A DNA stretch of 64,000 nucleotides from Epiperipatus broadwayi (GCA_028023455.1 JAQFVV010000003.1:20336001-20400000); one strand, 5' to 3'. Positions 1-14,839 are shown, counted from the stretch's first letter. Notes: a model not told the origin generated them from the sequence alone. Made by a program: numbers and translations.

Positions 1-2740
1 CACTAGCTCAGATTATATATAACTAATTTAGGATGGCAATTCACTCATCCTTGCATGAAATAGATGATGGGATGTCGTTATAATAATACTAAGAAATCAC
101 TAAATATTATAAAATCAATATTTATTTATGGCCTTTAAACAGTTAAACAGCTCATTAATTAAAACGTTGATGATGATGATGATAATAATAACAATAATGA
201 CAAGGGTTTCAACTACAGCTCTAGGACTAAGCCTAAACATAAAACTAATTTTTATGAAGAAATTCATAATTATTGCTTAATTTTAGCATATTTACTTATA
301 TCTTAAATAACTAATATTCAACCCTTGATGATGATGAATAATCACACTTAACAAAGACTACACTTAATGAAATATATATGCCTCGTTTAATAAAACAAAC
401 TAATGTTTATTACTACATTTCTAACGTATACATAAAAATTTCTAGATAATATGAAAATTGACATGAATAATAATAATAATAATTGATTATATTACAATCC
501 TCAGATTAATTTTAAGTTCTTCCCCCTTTCCCTTCAAATGTATTTTGTATTAAGTTGGACGTCACATTGACCATGATTTTCACTCCACGAGAAAAGTATT
601 TCAAAAAAAAATATTATCTGCTCATTAGCACACATACTTTAAAAATCCAACATGTAAATAGAATGTAAAAAAAAATGTTAGTAAAATTGAAAGAGCAAGT
701 TTTTAGAAAAGAGTCTTAAATTATTTTCTCCCCTCCCTTCCAAGCGCTGAAATCTATACTGAACTTGAAACAAAATAATCTAATATTCTAATACTACTCA
801 TTATTTCACATTCACTCCCAATTATACACATATAAAAATATTATTATGTATGTGCGTGTTTTATCCCATAATAACAAAATATTATTAAAAACCAAAATAA
901 TAATAATATATTAGTTAAAACTAAAATCATAATACCATAAAAAAAAATTGTTTTACACATTAATATTGTAAAATTAATAAACAAATCATTTTCATACATT
1001 CAAGATCATTTATGAAGCTCAAAGTTATTATTGGTAAGACATTCTTGTTTTTAATTGATCTGAATAGTCTTTAAAAGTTCTTTAAATAAAATATACCACT
1101 TTATTGCTAAAATGTTTATTAAGACTGATATCCTAAAGAAAATAGATATAAAAAGTCATATTACCGATCTTTTGTTTGTGGCGAATTTCCAAGGGTTCAA
1201 ACTTGTCTTGTATAAGGTTTATATTTCTGCAGTTACCATTTCCGTTTTACTGGGAACAATCTCTTTCTTGAGGTGTATAACTACTTGATGATGATGACTC
1301 TATTGAGGTTATTTGCTTTAGTGGATAATTTGGAAATCATTACATTAATTTTTCTTCTTTTCCTGTCAAGCATGTGGATGAAATACAGCAGTTGTTTTCA
1401 CATTTGTAAATTTTCTTGAGTTTAAAATCAGTTGTTGTAACAATTAATTGGACTTGATGATTAATATTTATCAGTAGATTAATTCATCTTCTTTGAATGC
1501 AGGTGAATGCTTTCTTCCTTCTATTAAAAACATCTTATTTATCTGGTCAGTTGAAAGGTGTAGAATATTATTTTAGACACATCTTTTCTTTCCTATGTGA
1601 TGTGCAGCTTCCCCAGATGGTCCGGAATCGATGGGACATACATATAATTTTTCTAGCAAGCCATTTTTTTATATTTTCAACATTCAAATTTGATAGTTTA
1701 ATAATCGGAATCAATCACAATAATAATAATTCAAGACAGCTTTTTATATCCAATTTTTAGCTACCTTAACCAATCAGAGATAGCATCACTTGCTATTTTT
1801 GGACAAATTTGTTTTAATTAGATCTCTAATTTATTTTCAACTAAATTATTTTTCAACTGAAAAGTTTAATCCTTTTTCCAGACACTTTTGTTTAAAAAAA
1901 AAAATAGACTCAATTCTTATTTCCTTTCTTTTGTTTTTTCTTTCTTTTTAACATCCAGGTAATACTTCAAATCTTTGAGCTTCCTTCTTTAGATCTTGAT
2001 AAGACAATTTCAAAAATTATAGTTCTGACTCATGATAAGCTTCCAAAGTGACAATCATTTACAAAAAAAAATTACTACAAAGATCGATATCTGATTAAAC
2101 AGATTTCCTCTTTTAACAAAAAAAATTGTACAAAAAAAAATAATTTGACAGGTTTAATACTTCCTTTTCTTTCAATATTTAGGAAATGTAAATTTTTGTA
2201 TGTAATGTACACACATCCTTCATTCTTTCAAATCATTCATAAACTAACCTTAAATAATATGATTGCTAGCTTAGTAATTATAACCCAATTATTTAATTAA
2301 GTCTGTAACTTTTAAATCCCACTTATAATTAAAGAAAAGCAAAATAGAAGTATAGAATAAAATGTTAGAATTGATCAAGCATAGCTTAGTTTTAAAGAAA
2401 GTTAAAATGTTGAATATTTGAAATATAAAACAAATAAATAATTTACACATACATTGCCTATATGTATGCATTATAACTTTGCTTTTTAAAGAAAAATTAA
2501 ATATTAAATAGTTTAAATGTGTGTATTACCTTTCTATCAACACACAAACAAATAAAGCATATAATTGTTGACCCATTCTTTTTCTGTTTAAAGCTTTTAG
2601 AACTGGACCTTGTAGGGTTTAAACTTGGATGCCCTACAACTTCCTTTATGGTTATATAAAATTGTGATGATGATTTTTGGTTTACCTTTTCTACATGCAC
2701 ATTACTATAAATTTAGCTAGTGACTAAATTGTAATGGCAC

Positions 2741-2763
2741 AATATATATATATATATATATAT
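2741..2763. repeat. (AT)n microsatellite
   Basis: Uninterrupted AT run of about 11 units. Similar (TA)n run at ~29333-29366 and (TG)n at ~39147-39162. Confidence 0.9.
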
Positions 2764-4400
2764 TGTTATTTGAATATGTTGCAACTCTAATCAACAGTCA
2801 TCATCGATTTATTTTCTATGTGTGTAGAAACAATTAGATGTTTTATTTTACTTGATAAAACATTAATTGCAAGTGATTTGCTAAAACTCTATATTTATTG
2901 ACTGAGTATCTTGACAATAGGCACTGTAATCAAATATACATGAATGAGTTTACTGAATAATAATGTATTTGTCTGCTGTATTTCTAACTTGGAGTAAAGC
3001 TAAAACAAAGCTTTTATACTTTTTTAGAATAGCTGAGAATTTCATAAAAAAATGTAAAATTATTTTAGGCAGCTGGCCATAACTTTTCCAGTAGCCACTT
3101 AATACTGATCAGTAAATGTATATCTAGTTATTCTTAGAAGAATAGTTAAAAAAGTAATTTAAAAATGTATCATTAAAAAAAAGCATAAGAAAAAAATGGT
3201 TTTACTTTCATTGATAAAATTCTAATTATAAAACAATTTTCTGAAAAAATCTTGGCTGATTCCAAATTATCCTTTGATAAGCCCTCTGATCAAGCAACCT
3301 AAGATAACACTTGATAATGGAAGTTGTTGTTGCTTTAGACTTAACTTCCAACAAAAATTATTATAGAAACTACTGATCAAAATTCATATAAAAAAAAATT
3401 TGGAGATTACTTAATATTTAAATACAAGTATATTTTATATACCTGGAGTCTAAATGTATTACTAAATAGTACATATGCATACCAAAGATTTTATTTAAAT
3501 AATTAAATAATAAGAGATTCACATTGTTATGAGTATAACCTGAAGTTTAATATTAGAGCAAAGCTTGTAGATTATTTTTCAGATAGCTGAAAATGTTTCA
3601 AGCAAGCTTGAAATTTCTTTAGTAGCTGGCCCTAGCTAACTTAAAAGCCAAACAAAACTAGCCAATAAATGGATATCTGGCTATTCTTAGCAATGAAAAG
3701 TTGTAAGGAAAGTAAAATTCTTTTTAAATTTGTAGGACAATAAGAAAAGTTGGAGAGAGAGGGTTAAGTTTTAATTTTTTAAGGGGGGGGGGGTCCTAAC
3801 AATAATTGAAAGACAAACTTGTCATAAGCAATTAAATGTCAATTTATCTATTTTTTTATTATTATTAATAAATTAAAATTAGACAGAATTATATATTTTT
3901 TAAAAATCAGATAGTAAGTATAATTCTTTAATATATATATATAATTATTGCATTAATCAACATTGATATCTGAACTAATCCTTAAGTACCACAATGACTA
4001 TAGATATCAAACTTAACTAACCATTAGAATATTGTTTGGGTTATATATTGATTCCTTAATTAGAAGATAAAATAAGTTAATCAGCATACTTACTGTAATA
4101 ACAACAACAAAAAACGTGATCGTAATATGATACAGTCTTCTTCTCTATTAGTGAAAAAATCTGACATTCAAGTTTCTTCTTTACTTTTTATTCACTACCA
4201 TTATCTTGGTTATTGTATTTGGAATATGCTGATGATTATGCTATTCCTGTTGTTTTAAAAAGTGATCTATAAAATATACATGTAAAAAGAACTTTGATTT
4301 AGTAACTAATGTTTAAACAATGCAAGATCTTTATCAGATAAGTTTACAGGGGGAAAAATCATCAGGAAATTTTAGCTGGGATGATTATCAACTTAAAAAT

Positions 4401-4523
4401 GTTAATGATGTGATGCATTGTGACTTCTCCTTATACGAGTCAGGAATCTCTCAGCAACTATGCCCAGAGAAACCTGTTAGCCACTTTATCTTCCTGAAAT
4501 TCCCCACTCTAAGTTTTTCCATA
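4401..4523 (-). mobile_element. Extreme 3' fragment of the APE-RT-CCHC LINE family (3' UTR plus (CATCA)n-type tail)
   Basis: gatgtgatgcattgtgacttc...gagtcaggaatctc...cagcaactatgcccagagaaacctgttagccacttt aligns with 36065-36190 and with the reverse complement of 32630-32745. Confidence 0.8.
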
Positions 4524-4775
4524 ATTTAAATGTGCTGCTGCTGCTTTTGATAAGTGAAAAGGTAGGGTATTACATTGCAGTGACATAACTACTGCAAGTA
4601 TGCACAGCTGTTGTTTTATCCAATTTAACATAAAGAAGTAATGTTTGGATCTTCTAATGGCATAATATAAAATGTATTAGAAAATTTTCAGTATATAAAA
4701 ATACAATGGCAAATCATTAGACCAATTAATATCTTTCTTGCTGAATGTGATATTGCAGACTACTATTAAACATTA

Positions 4776-4998
4776 CATGATCACCATTTCTTATGCTTGC
4801 TCATAACTGTTATTAAAACAAGAAAAACTCTCCATACAGTAATGCCACTCAATGCAAGCCAGAGTAATCAATGGATACCAGAAGGCTTGTGCATAAAATC
4901 CCTATCTAGTGCCTACTCACCAGCACAAGCCTTCTGGCATCCATTGATTACTTGTGCTTGCACTGAGTGGTACTGCAGTATGGAGAGTTTTGCCTCTT
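4776..4998. mobile_element. Family A repeat: two head-to-head partial copies (fold-back) lacking the ribozyme core
   Basis: 4824-4892 is an imperfect inverted repeat of 4923-4992 (30-nt loop). Sequence matches the 456-bp unit at 23051-23506. Candidate TSD ttaaacatta (4766-4775) / ttagacatta (4999-5008). Confidence 0.85.
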
Positions 4999-5199
4999 TT
5001 AGACATTATAGAATCATATTTCTGTTGGATGGGACATGTGAAATGAATGATAACAGAAGGAATATTAAAAATATTTTATAATAAAATTATTATTTTCACA
5101 GCGAGGCAGACCTTGCTACTTTATAAAGATCATCTTAAAAATACTATAAAGAAGTGCAATCGTATTGCTTTAATTAAGGGCTGAGAATAAAATATATTG

Positions 5200-5362
5200 A
5201 ATCAAAGTCTTTCAGAAAGAGGTTTGCTGCAGAAATTAAGGAAGACAATGTGAGATGTCAAATAAACAAAATAATCGATCGCATGTCCTACATGTAGATA
5301 TATTTGTGATTCACAATTGGTTTGTATAGTCATCACAAAGTTATTGCTATTATTATTATTAT
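5200..5362 (+). mobile_element. RTE/BovB-type LINE 3' remnant (C-terminal C2H2 finger plus (ATT)n tail)
   Basis: Translates with one frameshift to CPTCRYICDS/IGLYSHHK, resembling the CPxCxRxCxSRIGLxSH terminus of RTE ORFs. Followed by tattattattat. Confidence 0.55.
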
Positions 5363-8300
5363 GTTTTGTCTCCCCCCCCCCCTTAGAGTTGGAATAGCCA
5401 TACTTATTTGCGGGCAGATGCTGATTATGATAATTCATTCAAACACATGTATATAATTATTTATTATTCCCTTTGAAATATATAATATAATTATTTCATA
5501 TGAAATATATAATTACAAAACAAAAAGCCTACGGTCTCTTGGAGTAGAGAATATAGATAGTATATCATAAGTTTACCAAATGGAGAGAGAAAATGAAATC
5601 AAAACTGTCACAATGTTAGAAAGTGAATTTTGTTTCCCCACCCCGTTTTCTTTTTGAAATTAAAAATCATTAATCCAATTTTGAGTTTACCTGAAGGCAA
5701 AATATTTTTACAAACTTTCAACTAAAATTAATTCCACTTTTTTCTCTCTCTCTTTTTTTGAATTTTAAGGTTATATTACGATAAATCATTTTCTATTAAT
5801 AGTTATCCAGTCATTATATCCATTGTTACAATTATAAGAGAGACGGAAAAATGAGGAGACAAAAAAGTTAAAATAAATCGAAACCAGTTTGAAATTCTTT
5901 TTATTAAAAAATAATTAATAACTTTACTTGGATTGCAATTATTATTAAACTTAATTAAAATGTATTTAAATAAAAAATGCACAAATGATATTCTCCTTGT
6001 TTTTTAAAAAAATTTGATTAAAGGAATATATAGTATATGAAAAACACATCTAACTGATATTGTACATTATAAAATTTACTTAGCAAGTACTGTATATATT
6101 ATTTAGCCAGCACTTACTAACAAAAACCACTTTTCAAAAAAAAAATTTAAAACGATTGTTTGTTTTTTTTAAGAACAATTTATAGACGTATTTATGAAAT
6201 TTTTTTAGCCGAATAGATTTAAAAGCAAAAATTAAAACATTTAACTGGCTTGCGGTTTACAGTGCAGTGCCCTATATGAGCTACAAAGGTGATCAACTCT
6301 GGATGGAGCTCAAAATCCTTGAATCGTAGTTCCACCTATCATTTCTGGTGCTTGAAATTCTTATGTAACAAAAAAAAAAAAACAACCTTGATTTTTTTTT
6401 TATATATATAATAACAATGATTTTCTGCCATACTGGCAATTGAAATAATAGTCTACAAAATGTTCTTAATGCAATCTATAAAGATTTTGATTTAGTAATT
6501 TATCATTATTAGCGAACACTCGTAAATAATTATAATCAATCGAATTTCGAGAGCCAAAAAGAAACCTAGACAGATAAAAATGAAAAGTAACAAAACAAAA
6601 AAAAGTTGAAGTTAGAATTGCTGGAAATATAAGTAATGAATGAATATGTTTAATACAAATACATTCAGGAGAATATTTGGCTCGCGCATCAGAAGTAACA
6701 TGTTGAGCTTAAATCAAGAAACCTTTAACTCTCAAATATATCACTCAACACTATTGAAAAACTTAAGCTAGAAGAAAATAAAGAAAAAATAATGATAATT
6801 AATTTAATTATAATAAATAGAAATAATTATAAGTGAATTAAGTCTAGGAGGTAATAACTTTCATTCAAGCAAATACTCTCGTTATATATAAGTTCTAAGT
6901 TTTCATTTACAAATGTCAAATTTTCTGCACTCACAACTTTGTTACTAACTACTTCAGATAAATAAATTAATGATTATTAGTAACCATTTACGAAATTAGA
7001 GATTATCCCTAACTCGTATATAAATTTTAAGTCTCAGTTAAAGGTTAATGTATCGCTTTTTTTATTTTTTTTTGTAATTAAACATATAAAATAACTCAAT
7101 TTCATCTCTCTTTTTCCATGTGATAAGATAACTTGCTATAACTTTATTACATATATTTAAAACTTCCAATCACCACACATTTTTGAAATATATGAATAAT
7201 GAATACTGTAAAAGACAAATGAATTACAAAATGCATTTCATTCTGAATCAGCATCTCTTACACGTATCTTCATTATTTGTTCAATATTTATCAGTATCAA
7301 ATTATTACATTTTGATTTACAAGTGTCAAACTTAGTACACTCATAACTTTGACACCATGATTTCAAATAAATACATTAATGATTATTACTAATTATTTAT
7401 AAAACTTGATATTATCCTTAGCCCCAATGTAAACTTTAAACTTTATATGTTTAGATATTTTCAATATCTCGAACTATCACACACATTTCTTCCACTGGTC
7501 CACATTTCCAAAACATGAAAATCTCATCAATAAAAGAATATGAAAGACAAATTAATATTAATTTAATAAATCCAAGGTGCAATAGTTAACTGTAATCTTT
7601 AAATCTATTGATTATACTTTGTATACCAAAATCTTTAAGGAGTTTAACTCTTAGCTTTAACATATGTTACCAGCCAAGTGTGAAAAGCAAGCATTCTATA
7701 CAATGCATGAAGATTTTAGGCAGAATATGAAATTTCATTTCTATTTTAATTTTTTACATACTTTCCTTAGACATTATTATATAGAATATTTAGGCAGTAT
7801 AAAGAATAAATAGTTTTTTGGCAAAGTATGAAAAAAACTTTTATTAAAAAGAGATATGTGAAAATGTAAGAAATACAAAATATAAGATATGAAAATTTTC
7901 ATATTAAAACTATATTGTATAATAATAGAACAAAAGAAACTGTAAAAAATAATGTCTTTTTATTATTATTATTAAATAATAAACATTTATCAATATGTTG
8001 AATTTCTAATATTACAACGAAGTTTCGTTTTCTTAATTTCAAGTATGTATGATATGATTGTTATTTCTTACTGACAAGCCCACTTACAAAAAAATATAAT
8101 AATAACAAGTTAGCACATGATGATGATAGAGAAATGCTAAATTTTATATAAATATCAAACAAACCATGAAAGAAATAATGGCATTTTTAAACCATTATTT
8201 TTTAAGTAAAACACCAAGAGTGAAGGACTTTTAAATCTTATAAGTCTTCAAGAATGTAAGGAATTTCTTGATAATTATCTTTCTACTCTTTTATTAACTG

Positions 8301-8919
8301 TAAGATATATACATAAAATTTACTAATAATTTCAATAATTAATATTACTAAGTAAGTGTTAAACATGTATAATTTAATTAACTTGCTTTGTGACATTAAA
8401 CATTATTTCTGGAAATATTTTATACTTTGCCAATTTTCCTTTTGGTATTTTATAAAATGTCTAGGAAATGTATGAAAATCTAAGCATTTCATATTGGAAA
8501 TCCCACTTTTGCATTGTATAAAATGCCGAGGCATTCTATACAATATTGGTTTTCACATTTTACCAGTAACATGATGATACTAGAAAACTTTGATTCCTCT
8601 TTCATCAATAATCCTAAGTCAAAAATAAATAACATTTGAAAAACTCATGTGCTTTATCAGCACCTATGTGAAAGTGCAAATTAATTTAAATAAATACATG
8701 GATTGCTTTTCAGCTAGAAAAATAGACTTGATTATGAAATGTAATATGGATTCCAATCATATGCTGTTGCATTTAAAAATCTAAAAGATGAAGCATTTAA
8801 TTATAGTGAGATAACTTACGACTAAACCAGTTGTATATAAGGTTTTTATTTTGTGTATGGAAGTGAAATGCTAATCATTTATTATCATAATAAAAAAGCA
8901 CTGAAAATTTTTGACTTAA

Positions 8920-9040
8920 GGATGTTCTAAGATTCTAAAAATATGATGGCAATAAATCCAATTGATATATTCTTCAACCTACTGGATATATTGCTATTGA
9001 ATCTACTACTGTAAAGGCACACCTGTTAGATTAAGGTTGT
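8920..9040. repeat. Unclassified dispersed repeat; second copy at ~14460-14580
   Basis: aagattctaaaaatatgatggcaataaatccaattgatat... aligns with aagattctaaaaatagggtggcaaaaccaaattgataa..., about 70% identity by eye. Confidence 0.55.
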
Positions 9041-9063
9041 GTCATGAATAAATAATGAGACTT

Positions 9064-9245
9064 AACACAAGCAAAACTCTCCATACTATAGTGCCACTCA
9101 GTGCCAGCCAGATTAATTAATGGATGCCAGAAGGCTTGTGCATAAAATCCCCATCTAGTGCCTACTCATTCAATAATACTAGATTAGTTTTCTGGCTTGT
9201 GGCCTTTGTCAATTATGTGCAAGCATAAGAAATGGTAATCATGTG
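9064..9245. mobile_element. Family A repeat with internal inversion and a truncated, degenerate HHR
   Basis: 9064-9211 is antisense and 9218-9245 sense relative to the HHR strand. TSD ataatgagactt (9052-9063) / ataataagactt (9246-9257). Confidence 0.85.
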
Positions 9246-9304
9246 ATAATAAGACTTCTTAAAAAAATTTTATGTAAATTTGGAAATAGTTTTCATGGGA
9301 AAGA

Positions 9305-11995
9305 CATCATAACCATTTTCAACTACTATCAATATATTGCAGAATAAAGGTTTCTACAAATTAAATCCAGTTTCTCAGATCTCTAGCCTCTTTTCTTCAC
9401 ATATATCAGCAAACTTTCTTATTTCATCCATTTATCACACATGAGATCTCTTTTTAAGTCTTTTACAATATATTGGAATCTGCTTTAAGATTTTAATTGT
9501 CCGTGTATTATCATTACTTCTAGCTATATATCGAATCCTTAATTATTTCAGTGATATCAGTAATACTTATTTGTTCTCTCACTCATGAATTCCATTTCTG
9601 ATCTCTTCTCATTATTCCTGACAAACATTTCTCCATAATTTATTGAGTGGTCTGAAGTCTCTGTATTAATCTTCTGTTAAGTGTCCAAATATCAGATCCA
9701 TAAGTAGGAATGGGTAAAACATATTTATTAAAAACCTTCCTTTTCAAACACAAAGGCATACTACCTTTCAAGTTATTTCTATCAACAGTACTCCATCCAA
9801 GTTTAATTCTAAGAATAATGTCATCCATTATATCTCTATTTGTATTAATAAATGACCGAAGTATTTGTAATTATCACCTTCTAATTCATCATCATTATTC
9901 TTTATTTTCTTCTTTTGAGAAAATCCATTCAACATTATTTCAGTCTTTTTAGCATTTATCTTTAGTCCTATTTTTTTGGTTTCATTTGATAACCTTTGCA
10001 ACATTTCATGAAGCTTTGAAACATTATTTGTAAAAACAACCACATCATTTTCAAAATGTACATGATTTAAATAATTTCCAATTATTTTTAATTCCTTAAT
10101 TTCTCATGTTTTTCCACAAAATATTTGCAAAACTGCTATAAAGTATTTTGGAGATATGGAGTCACATTATTAGACACTCTTCACAATGTTAATCTTAGTA
10201 TCACTATGTAATTTAATCATTATTGTAGGATTTTAATAAATATTCTTCAAAATATGACAATATCCAGGTTTATATCTTGATAACCTAATACTTTAATCAC
10301 TATAGAAATGTGTATAGAATTGTCTTTTCATAATATACAAATCCAAAGCACACTGCCAATTCACATTCATTGTTTGTTTCCATAGCTTTTCTCAATACGT
10401 GCTAAAACTATTTTTAAATCTCACTTTTTTTTTTTTTAATTGGTTAAAATCCAAAATTCATTGCAGCAATGATGAAAAACTGATAAATCTGTAATTTCTA
10501 ATACTTTCTTAATCATCTTTTTTAAATATCACTATTGCTACTGCATTCTTTCAATCATCTGGTACATCTTTATTATTTAGACATTTGGTATATAACTTTG
10601 CCAACAATATTTCTATTTCTTCAACTGCTTCTTTTAATAATTCCATCATTACCTGGAGCTTTCCCCTTCTTCATAGACTTAATTACATGTCTCACTTCAT
10701 TTAAAATGCAGAGCAATTCAAAAGGTGTAGTAATTATAGGAAATGGTTTGTTTTCTTATTCTTTATTGCTGTAAAATTCTTTAGAAACCTCTTTCACATT
10801 CTTCATGATATCATCTATCTTTTTATTAATAGTTCCATCTTTTCTTCTTATGCTAAGTCCAAGGAATTATTTTCCACTTTTGAGACTTTTATTCTCTTTT
10901 ATAGCTTTCCTTGCTAATTCATAATTATATTTTCATATATTGTTATTAACTTTTTTTTGTACCATTTTACAAAACTCTATTCAATTCTTCTTAACAGATC
11001 AGTTTTATATATTTTCATATTCCTCTTTTTTTACATATTGTCTTGTCTTGGTAGAAACTTTGCTTTTTTTATATCGGTTATCTTTGATGTAATTCTTAGT
11101 AGTCTATCAGTTATCTTCCTATTGATTTCATTCTAATCTGAACAGTGTTCAAAATTTCTTAATATTTTCATTTTCTTAATACTTCTTAAATATTAAAATG
11201 ATTTACAAGTTCTAATTTAAATTCATTGGAATGTTTCTGAAGGATAGGAATATTAAATGTAATACTATAAACTGTGAATGCTGTTTTTCTTAATAATTTT
11301 CGTCTCTAGTTTTGCATTTACAAGTATCTTACATCTCACTAATTGATGATCATTTCTTGTTTTGAATTTATTAAAAACATTACAATCTTGAAATAAATAT
11401 TTTCTCTTAATCAAAATATACTTCATTTCTGTTGTACTTTTATTTTGATGTTTTCATGTCCATTACCTTTTAGCAATTTTCTCAAAAAAAACAACAACAA
11501 CAACATAATATATAGTTTTTACTTGCTGTGAAATTCCACAAGTCTGTGTTCTCTCTCATTTATAGTTATCATAAGAAATTCACCCATAGCACTGTCACCT
11601 TTCAATTTTTTTTAATAATTTTAGTATTAAAGTCTCCATGATAATTTTAAAATGTTTGATCTGATCGAAAACCTGTTGTACATTCACATAAAAATCATCT
11701 ACTCCACTTGTATTTTCAATATTTCTGTCTTTGTAGTAAAGTACATGTTCACTTTTTAAATCATTTCTCCACCATTTCTTCTAATGTCACAAAATCCAAA
11801 ATTATACCATTTAATATTAGATAGCTTTTCTTCAAATTCTTGCAATCTTCCTTCATTTAAAAATGATCTGCAATTGTAAGTACCTAAAAAAAGTCATCCT
11901 AAAATGGCAGCCTAGGTCCAAAATCAGGGAGTTCTTAGCACTGTCTGCCTTTAGCCATCATCCACTATAGGGGCTGAGGACTTTGCAGTCTCTTG
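9305..11995 (-). mobile_element. Near full-length decayed RTE-clade LINE (APE endonuclease + RT), many stops and frameshifts
   Basis: Minus-strand motifs: GTYNCRSFLNEGRLQEFEEKLSNIKW (APE N-terminus, ~11880), DFNTKI, NEREHRLVEF, DHQLVRCK, MKKGKAPGNDGII (RT start, ~10650), GLKINAKKTEIM, CLKRKVFNKYVLPIPTYGSDIWTL. The 3' end gaaaatggttatgatg matches the other RTE copies. Confidence 0.93.
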
Positions 11996-12168
11996 GAAAT
12001 AAGGATCATAATGTAATTTTGTCTGTTGTGATTATAAATATTTTTTTTTTTTAAAAGCTCTATTATACTCACATATATTCTACCTTCAAAAAAACTATCA
12101 AGTAAAAATAAAGATCAGTGGCATTTCTTGATTTTAATCTCATTGGGATAAAAAGGCAATAAACTTAC

Positions 12169-12213
12169 CATTGGGTGATATATGTTGGTGAGCAGCCCAC
12201 CCATGTTAGTAAA
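12169..12213 (-). CDS. Candidate 45-nt internal exon of an unidentified host gene (FTNMGGLLTNIYHPM)
   Basis: Acceptor ttacttattatgcag, consensus donor GTAAGT, open phase 0-0 frame. No homology recognised. Confidence 0.3.
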
Positions 12214-12509
12214 CTGCATAATAAGTAATGGTTATTTATCTCAAAGGCACACAGAAGAGAAGCAATACTGATTGCTTTTATTAGAAAAAATATGACTGAA
12301 AATAAAAAACCATGTGATGACTTATACTTAGGTAAGATGCTGAAGTCTTTTGAAAAGTACAGTTTGCTGTAGAAGAAATTAAAAAATATTATCTTAAGCT
12401 GTCTAATGAACAAAATAAATATTTGTGGTTGTATTTGAATTCATAAACTGTTTTGTATAGCTATTGCAAAACTGATCTTTAATTTTTTATTCTTTGTTTT
12501 TCTGTAGTT

Positions 12510-13480
12510 TTTTTTCTTCAAGTTAGAATGACTTATACTTATTTATGAATGGCTGTTAAAGTTGACTGATGATACTAACAGTTGTTTATACCATAGATAC
12601 AGATTTTGCATTTAATAAAATTCAGATGCATCTATAATATTCTTTAAATAGCTCCATTTTATTTAAGATTAACCTTAGATTATAGCCTAACTTATTTCCT
12701 CATTTATCAGAGGTTAGATCAAAATTAATTTCTAGAAATAAGCTCTTTGAAAAGCTGGATGGCAATACTTGGGATTGTGATGCAGTCATTTTACAAACAG
12801 TTCTCTTAGCACTAGCATATTCTGCTGCTGAGTACTGTATTCTTATATGGAGCAAAAGTTCCCAGACTAAAATTTTGAATAATAATTAAATATTACCTTG
12901 AAAAAATATTATTAGAACAATGAAATCTACTTCTTTAAAAATAGTTTCCTATTCTTTTACATATTTCTCCACAAAATATGAGAAGAGAAGTTATCTAACA
13001 GAAAATAGATAAGAAGCAGTTGTGCAGATTGTACTTTTCAATAACTGAAGATATGGTTTTATCACCTGAGACTTGTCTCAAATCAATCAAGAATCTATAA
13101 TCACAGAAGAACACCATAAAAAAATATGGTATTCTTACAATGGCATTAAAAATGATATTCTTATGACATTCCAAACATTTTTTTTTCCAGATACAACAAT
13201 AAAAACAACTGATTTTGATTTTCCTAGATGCAACTAGTCTTATCAAATCATTCAGAACAATCTATAATTGTTGCACTCATCTGCATCACAAATGAAATTT
13301 AGTAGCTCTAATCTACTTAAATGTGGACAAATACAAGCCACACTGTATGACTGTCAAATATATGGCTGCTTAGACAGAATTGATAAACTTAGTAAATGCA
13401 TTAGCAAATATATCTTCTTATTAGAATTTCCACAGTTTCCTTTGATATTTTGTTAACAGTTAAGTGGTTTAAAGTAAAAA
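12510..13480 (+). mobile_element. 5'-truncated decayed LINE of the I/Ingi (Vingi-like) group, post-RT region
   Basis: In-frame ISRNKLFEKLDGNTWDCDAVILQTVLLALAYSAAEYCILIWSKS (12730-12860) resembles the SRNNLLxKLxGxxWGA...ALxYSxAEYCxPVW pattern. Downstream DFDFPR and CGQIQ zinc-knuckle remnants. Confidence 0.6.
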
Positions 13481-14670
13481 GAAAAATACATATACTAAAT
13501 AAATAAATATCATTCATCTTTTTATTCACGCATCATGACAAAATATTTTCTAAAAAATATAATCAATCTCACTCCTATGTTTCAAATATAAGTCTGTTAT
13601 AATAGCTCTTATGATGCAGTTTAATTAATCAGGTCTCATCAGTTAGACCAAACAATATATAACCCAGCCATTCCCACACTATACTCATTGTTTTTTATTA
13701 TTAATATATATTATACAAATTTACTCATTCAAAAAAATAATTTTCCAATAAATATGTAAAAGATTATTAACCACTTTATTATTTACTATAGTCATTTAAC
13801 TTTAGATACATAATGAGGCTAAAATATGTCTAGGAATATTATTTATATAGATACATGATAAACATTTTTTAACTGCTCATCTTTCTAACTGTGCACTACT
13901 AATGTATATGTTTATTTCAAACTTGTGGCTATAAGAATTGGTAAAATGACATGCTAATGGTTAATGAGACAAACTTCAAACAACCAAATCTTCACTTAAG
14001 AAGTTACATAGATAGACTCAACTGAGATGTGACCAGTCAAAATACACTTTAATAGCTATTAGCAAGTTGTAATCTTCCAAAAATGAAAATATAAATAATG
14101 ATATAAAAAGATTTTTATAACATAGTTCTTAATTTAAAATTCAAACAGGGTAACAAGCAATCTGTGAATAATCACTGTTATTATTTGGTTATAGGATCCT
14201 ATTGCAGAGCTATTCCAATATTTTTTGGATAGACAACATATACACATACATATCTAAAAATAATTACTTAAAAAAATACTAATGTTCTTTGCACAGAATA
14301 ATGGCAATAATGATAAAACTACTACAATTAAGACACTCAAATTGTTATTTAATGTTATGTGCATGAAGGCTGGGATTGTTTTAACCCAATTTATTTTACA
14401 GAAGTGAAACATAGATCCCTTATTGATGTAATGAAAAGGTTTGAAAAAAATTCATTCAAGAATGTTCCATAAGATTCTAAAAATAGGGTGGCAAAACCAA
14501 ATTGATAAATTTATCAATCTTTACATGTGATACTATTAAATCTGCTATTGTAATGGACATCTTCATTAGATTGGCATAGGAATTAATATTAACAGACTAA
14601 AAACAATATTTTATGATAAAAGCAAAATCCCTGTTTATATTATGAAAATTATTTCTAATACATTCTAAAA

Positions 14671-14779
14671 AGGTGAAATATTGGTTGCTTTCAGTGAAAA
14701 AAATAACCAAAGGTAAAATACATAAAGAGGTGAAATATTGGTTGCTTTCAGTGAAAAAAATAACCAAAGGTAAAATACA
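14671..14779. repeat. Local tandem duplication (52 identical bp, period 57)
   Basis: aggtgaaatattggttgctttcagtgaaaaaaataaccaaaggtaaaataca at 14671 and 14728. Confidence 0.95.
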
Positions 14780-14839
14780 ACAGAATTAAAAGATAACCCT
14801 GCAAAATGTTAAATCAACAGACTTTTATAATATATATGA

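Noticed and set aside
1165-1760. Large coding exon (GC-richer patch, donor-like site at 1165, ORF 1497-1760)
   Set aside because: All three minus frames contain stops between 1165 and ~1485, and the plus ORF has no recognisable motif. It could be UTR.
4797-5081. Recurring peptide (...SQSNQWxPEGLCIKSLSSAYSSNIPRLVS...) in ORFs at 4797, 15690, 22805 and 51054 as a small-protein family
   Set aside because: It is the antisense reading of the family A repeat. Start and stop positions differ between copies and indels ignore the frame.
6898-7445. Old direct repeat pair (6898-7030 and 7312-7445) as LTRs
   Set aside because: About 70% identity, no TG...CA termini, TSD or coding interior. It is probably an ancient local duplication.
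11900-11995. Possible HDV-like ribozyme in the RTE 5' UTR
   Set aside because: The region is GC-richer, but I could not build the nested double pseudoknot by eye.
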